This document shows, one piece after another, positions 49,331 to 52,036 of a stretch of DNA of 52,036 bases (the first letter of the stretch is position 1; each line of letters opens with the position of its first letter). The notes beneath the pieces were generated by a model. That model did no database searches and had not been told where the DNA came from. It saw only the letters and a list, made by a program, of their open reading frames with translations. The stretch is taken from the sequence record SRR31156797_7637. One strand, given 5' to 3'. The translations under genes were made by a program, and so were the position numbers.

Positions 49331-51325
49331 ATGACCCAGACACATACGGAACCAAAAACCCTGCTTGACGCCATGCCGGCATTTGTGTTGGCAATGGTGG
49401 ATTTCGCCCTGCTGAACCTGGCGTTTTTTCTAGTGACCTATTGTAAGCGCGGGGGCGTGGACTTGAGCACCCGGTATGGGAAGCTTCTGGTGGCGTTTTA
49501 TGGGATCTGGCTGGTGGTCTCGCTGGTGAATAAAAAGTTTCGTGCCAATGAATATGAGCGGTTCTTACCGGATGTGTGGAAGGTGCTGCGGTCCGGTGTC
49601 TATTTGACCTACTGTGTGGCCATGATGGTGGTGCTCATGGGGCTGTATGCCTTTTCACGGGGTCAGGTGTTTGGGACGTGTGCCGTGTTTGTGGTGCTGG
49701 AGTGCATGGTGCTGGCGGGACTTTACAGGCCGTGGAAGCTGCGGAATATCATGGCCGGGGAAAAAGTTTCGGCCATAAAACGTCCGTCGCGCGTCGACTG
49801 GCGTCTGGTGGTGGTGGATTTTGTTCTGGTGGGGGCTTCTTTCTGGATTGTCAATTACTTTAAACGGGATGGGTTCCATGTCCTGCCGGACTATGAAAAA
49901 CTGCTTCTGCTCATGTACGGGCTGTGGTTTGTGTGTTCCCTCTCCACTCGAAAGTTCGAGTGGCTACCGTACAATAATTACTACCATGCCCTGTGGCCCT
50001 GGATCAAGGCTGTGGTGCTTATGGGGCTGGCCCTGGGGCTGATTCTGTTTTTGTTTCGATTTTTGTACTTTGCAAGGAGCCAGGTTTTTGCGCCCCTGCT
50101 GCTGGTTCTGGGGCTTGAGGCGCTCATGTACCGGGTTTACTACTATCGGCGGCGGACCGTGGACGCAAACCGTGATATTGAATCCGGCGATACGGTGCAA
50201 GGCATTTTAAAGCAGGAGCCTCTGGAAATTGAAACCGACCCGGAGATTTTAAAAAAGGTGTTTCTGTCCCCCGTTCGGGAACGGGTTCGGGACCGGTATC
50301 TGAAAAACGCCCCGAAGCTCTTTGAACTTCTGGACCGTTCCGTGGATATGGGAAATATTTTGCGGGCTGAGATGGATTTTCGAAACAGCATTGATCCGCC
50401 GTACCATGATCCGGGTGAAGACCGGTATAAGCGGTTGTTTATGAATCTGCTCAAGGTGAATGATATAAGGTATTTGAACCGGTATTTTCTGGCGGTGGGC
50501 GCGGTGCTGGTTCCCGGAGGGTACCTGGTGGGCCGAGCCCATACCATTGACACCCATCGCAAATGGATGATGAAAAAATTTCCCCGCATTATCGCAAATG
50601 CGCTGTATGCCGTTGATTTTCTGTTGAACCGAGTGTGTCCCAAGCTGCCCTGGGTTAAACAGTTGTATTTTTCCGTGACCCGGGGGCGAAACCGTAGTCT
50701 TTCCGAAGCGGAGCTGCTGGGACGACTGTATTTTTGTGGATTTGAGATTGTGGCTGAAGAAAACATTGATGAGCGGCTCTGTTTTGTGGCCCGAAAATCC
50801 AAAACCACATCCCATTCCGAAAATCCCTCGTACGGGCCCCTGGTGGGGTTCAACCGGCTGGGTGCAGGGAACAAGCCCATTCGCACGTACAAGTTTCGCA
50901 CCATGCACCCCTATTCCGAATTTTTGCAGGATTACGTGTATGAGAGGCACGGTCTTAAAAAGGGGGGGAAGATTGAAAATGATTTCCGTATTACGGCCTG
51001 GGGAAAGGTCATGCGCAGGCTGTGGCTGGATGAGCTGCCCATGCTGTACAACTGGGTGCGGGGGGATTTGAAGCTGTTTGGGGTGCGGCCCTTGAGCCCC
51101 CATTATTTCAGTTTGTACCCGGAAGACTTGAAGCAACTGAGGGAGAAGGTGAAGCCGGGTCTGGTGCCGCCTTTTTATGCGGATATGCCGGTGACCTTTG
51201 AGGAGATCTGTGAATCGGAGCGGCGGTATATTCAGGCGTATTTGAAGCGGCCGTTTCGGACACAGGGGGTGTATTTCTGTAGGGCGATTTGGAATATTGT
51301 GGTGAAAGGGGCGCGGAGTGGGTGA
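49331..51325 (+). CDS. initiating polyprenol-phosphate sugar transferase (Bac_transf domain) with duplicated N-terminal membrane module
   Basis: C-terminal YKFRTM, DFRIT..GKVMRR..LDELP.L.N..RGD..L.G.RP, VKPGL motifs. Confidence 0.85.
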   Translation: MTQTHTEPKTLLDAMPAFVLAMVDFALLNLAFFLVTYCKRGGVDLSTRYGKLLVAFYGIWLVVSLVNKKFRANEYERFLPDVWKVLRSGVYLTYCVAMMVVLMGLYAFSRGQVFGTCAVFVVLECMVLAGLYRPWKLRNIMAGEKVSAIKRPSRVDWRLVVVDFVLVGASFWIVNYFKRDGFHVLPDYEKLLLLMYGLWFVCSLSTRKFEWLPYNNYYHALWPWIKAVVLMGLALGLILFLFRFLYFARSQVFAPLLLVLGLEALMYRVYYYRRRTVDANRDIESGDTVQGILKQEPLEIETDPEILKKVFLSPVRERVRDRYLKNAPKLFELLDRSVDMGNILRAEMDFRNSIDPPYHDPGEDRYKRLFMNLLKVNDIRYLNRYFLAVGAVLVPGGYLVGRAHTIDTHRKWMMKKFPRIIANALYAVDFLLNRVCPKLPWVKQLYFSVTRGRNRSLSEAELLGRLYFCGFEIVAEENIDERLCFVARKSKTTSHSENPSYGPLVGFNRLGAGNKPIRTYKFRTMHPYSEFLQDYVYERHGLKKGGKIENDFRITAWGKVMRRLWLDELPMLYNWVRGDLKLFGVRPLSPHYFSLYPEDLKQLREKVKPGLVPPFYADMPVTFEEICESERRYIQAYLKRPFRTQGVYFCRAIWNIVVKGARSG

Positions 51326-51329
51326 AATA

Positions 51330-51390
51330 TCTCGCGCAGAGGCGCAGAGAGAAAGAGATTTTTTGTTTTTTTTAGCGACTCTGCGCGAGA
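51330..51390. repeat. family A palindromic repeat, copy 1
   Basis: Perfect 12-bp terminal inverted repeat tctcgcgcagag ... ctctgcgcgaga around an A-rich/T-rich spacer. Confidence 0.9.
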
Positions 51391-51418
51391 ACATATGAGT
51401 TGATAAAGGTTGATATTC

Positions 51419-51458
51419 CAAAGGCCGTTGGGGAAACCTTGCGGCCTTTGTTGTTTTT
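51419..51458 (+). terminator. putative intrinsic terminator ending the glycan operon
   Basis: 9-bp stem caaaggccg (51419-51427) / cggcctttg (51442-51450) followed by ttgttttt. Confidence 0.65.
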
Positions 51459-51472
51459 GGATTATACTATGG

Positions 51473-51548
51473 CTCGCGCAGAGGCGCTGAGACGCAAAGA
51501 AAAAGAGATTCTTTTGTTTTTCTTTGCGCCTTTGCGTCTCCGCGCGAG
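51473..51548. repeat. family A palindromic repeat, copy 2
   Basis: ctc-gcgcagag-gcgctgag-acgcaaag-aaaaa ... ttttt-ctttgcgc-ctttgcgt-ctccgcgc-gag. Confidence 0.9.
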
Positions 51549-51562
51549 AATGGAACTTTTCC

Positions 51563-51945
51563 ATGACGGAAAATGAGATTGGGACGATTGTGGTTGATGC
51601 CGCTGTGAGGTGCATATGGCACTGGGTCCGGGTTTTTTGGAAAGTGTTTACGAGACTGTGCTGGCTCACGAGATTTCAAAGCGAGGGCTGGGTTTAAAAC
51701 GGCAGGTTCCGATTCCCATAGAATATGATGGCCTTCGGTTTGATGAAGGTTTTCGGGCCGATATCGTTGTGGAAAAGAAGGTTGTGCTTGAACTGAAATC
51801 CGTTGAAAGGGTGACCGCGGCCCATAAGAAACAGATTCAGACGTACCTTTGGCTTACGGGATGTAGGCTCGGGTATCTTTTGAACTTCGGTGCGGCGTTG
51901 ATGAAACAGGGAATAACGCGGGCTGTGAACAATCTTGTGGAATAA
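51563..51945 (+). pseudogene. GxxExxY protein (PD-(D/E)xK nuclease-like), frameshifted near 51608
   Basis: ATG 51563 gives MTENEIGTIVVDAAV; another frame from 51610 gives VHMALGPGFLESVYE...RADIVVEKKVVLELKS; only 2 nt (ag) separate the two parts. Confidence 0.82.
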
Positions 51946-51950
51946 TTGTT

Positions 51951-52020
51951 CTCGCGCAGAGGCGCGGAGAGAAAGGTTTTTTTTGTGTTTTTTCTTAGCG
52001 TCTCTGCGTCTTGGCGCGAG
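51951..52020. repeat. family A palindromic repeat, copy 3
   Basis: ctc-gcgcagag-gcgcggag ... cttagcgt-ctctgcgt-cttggcgc-gag, 5 nt after the GxxExxY stop. Confidence 0.88.
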
Positions 52021-52036
52021 GTTTTAGGTTATTCAT

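Noticed and set aside
50143-51421. Long minus-strand ORFs (390 aa at 50249..51421; 253 aa at 50143..50904)
   Set aside because: Antisense shadows of the GC-rich sugar transferase, with no recognisable motifs; the start region is repeat DNA
51330-52020. CRISPR array or IS element interpretation of the terminal repeats
   Set aside because: The repeats are variable palindromes without regular unique spacers; no cas or transposase gene and no clear target-site duplication
1-52036. tRNA/rRNA genes, integrases, transposases, defence systems
   Set aside because: None recognisable; intergenic gaps are short and every long plus-strand ORF fits glycan biosynthesis apart from GxxExxY

Overview
The window is almost entirely one co-directional (+ strand) surface-polysaccharide biosynthesis locus of 44 genes (138..51325). 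It is Wzx/Wzy-type (O-antigen, capsule or EPS). The host is possibly a Desulfobacterota/deltaproteobacterium, a weak inference. Modules in order: (1) a legionaminic-acid-type nonulosonate pathway with an oxidoreductase/cytidylyltransferase/SDR trio, a HisF/HisH/N-acetyl-sugar amidotransferase trio and a methyltransferase; (2) a flippase flanked by two paralogous orphan GT-B-like transferases; (3) an 8-gene cassette (FAH hydrolase, methyltransferase-like protein, KdsB-like, HpcH aldolase, oxidoreductase, SIS isomerase, 2-hydroxyacid dehydrogenase, IMPase) that resembles an alternative route to a CMP-ulosonate; (4) glycosyltransferases, deacetylase, methyltransferases, a stand-alone ArnA-type decarboxylase, AsnB-like amidotransferase, Wzy and two heparinase II/III-like proteins; (5) a phosphonate cassette (cytidylyltransferase-PepM, Ppd, Fe-ADH, predicting 2-hydroxyethylphosphonate) followed by an apparently circularly permuted TagF-like transferase; (6) bi-domain oxidoreductase, alpha/alpha-toroid-like protein, DUF354-like protein and an unusual initiating sugar transferase with an internally duplicated membrane module. 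The locus ends with a terminator and a frameshifted GxxExxY nuclease-like gene bracketed by palindromic repeats built from 8-bp units. Solo copies of these repeats also occur at three gene junctions inside the locus. All family calls come from motif recognition by eye; no database searches were run.
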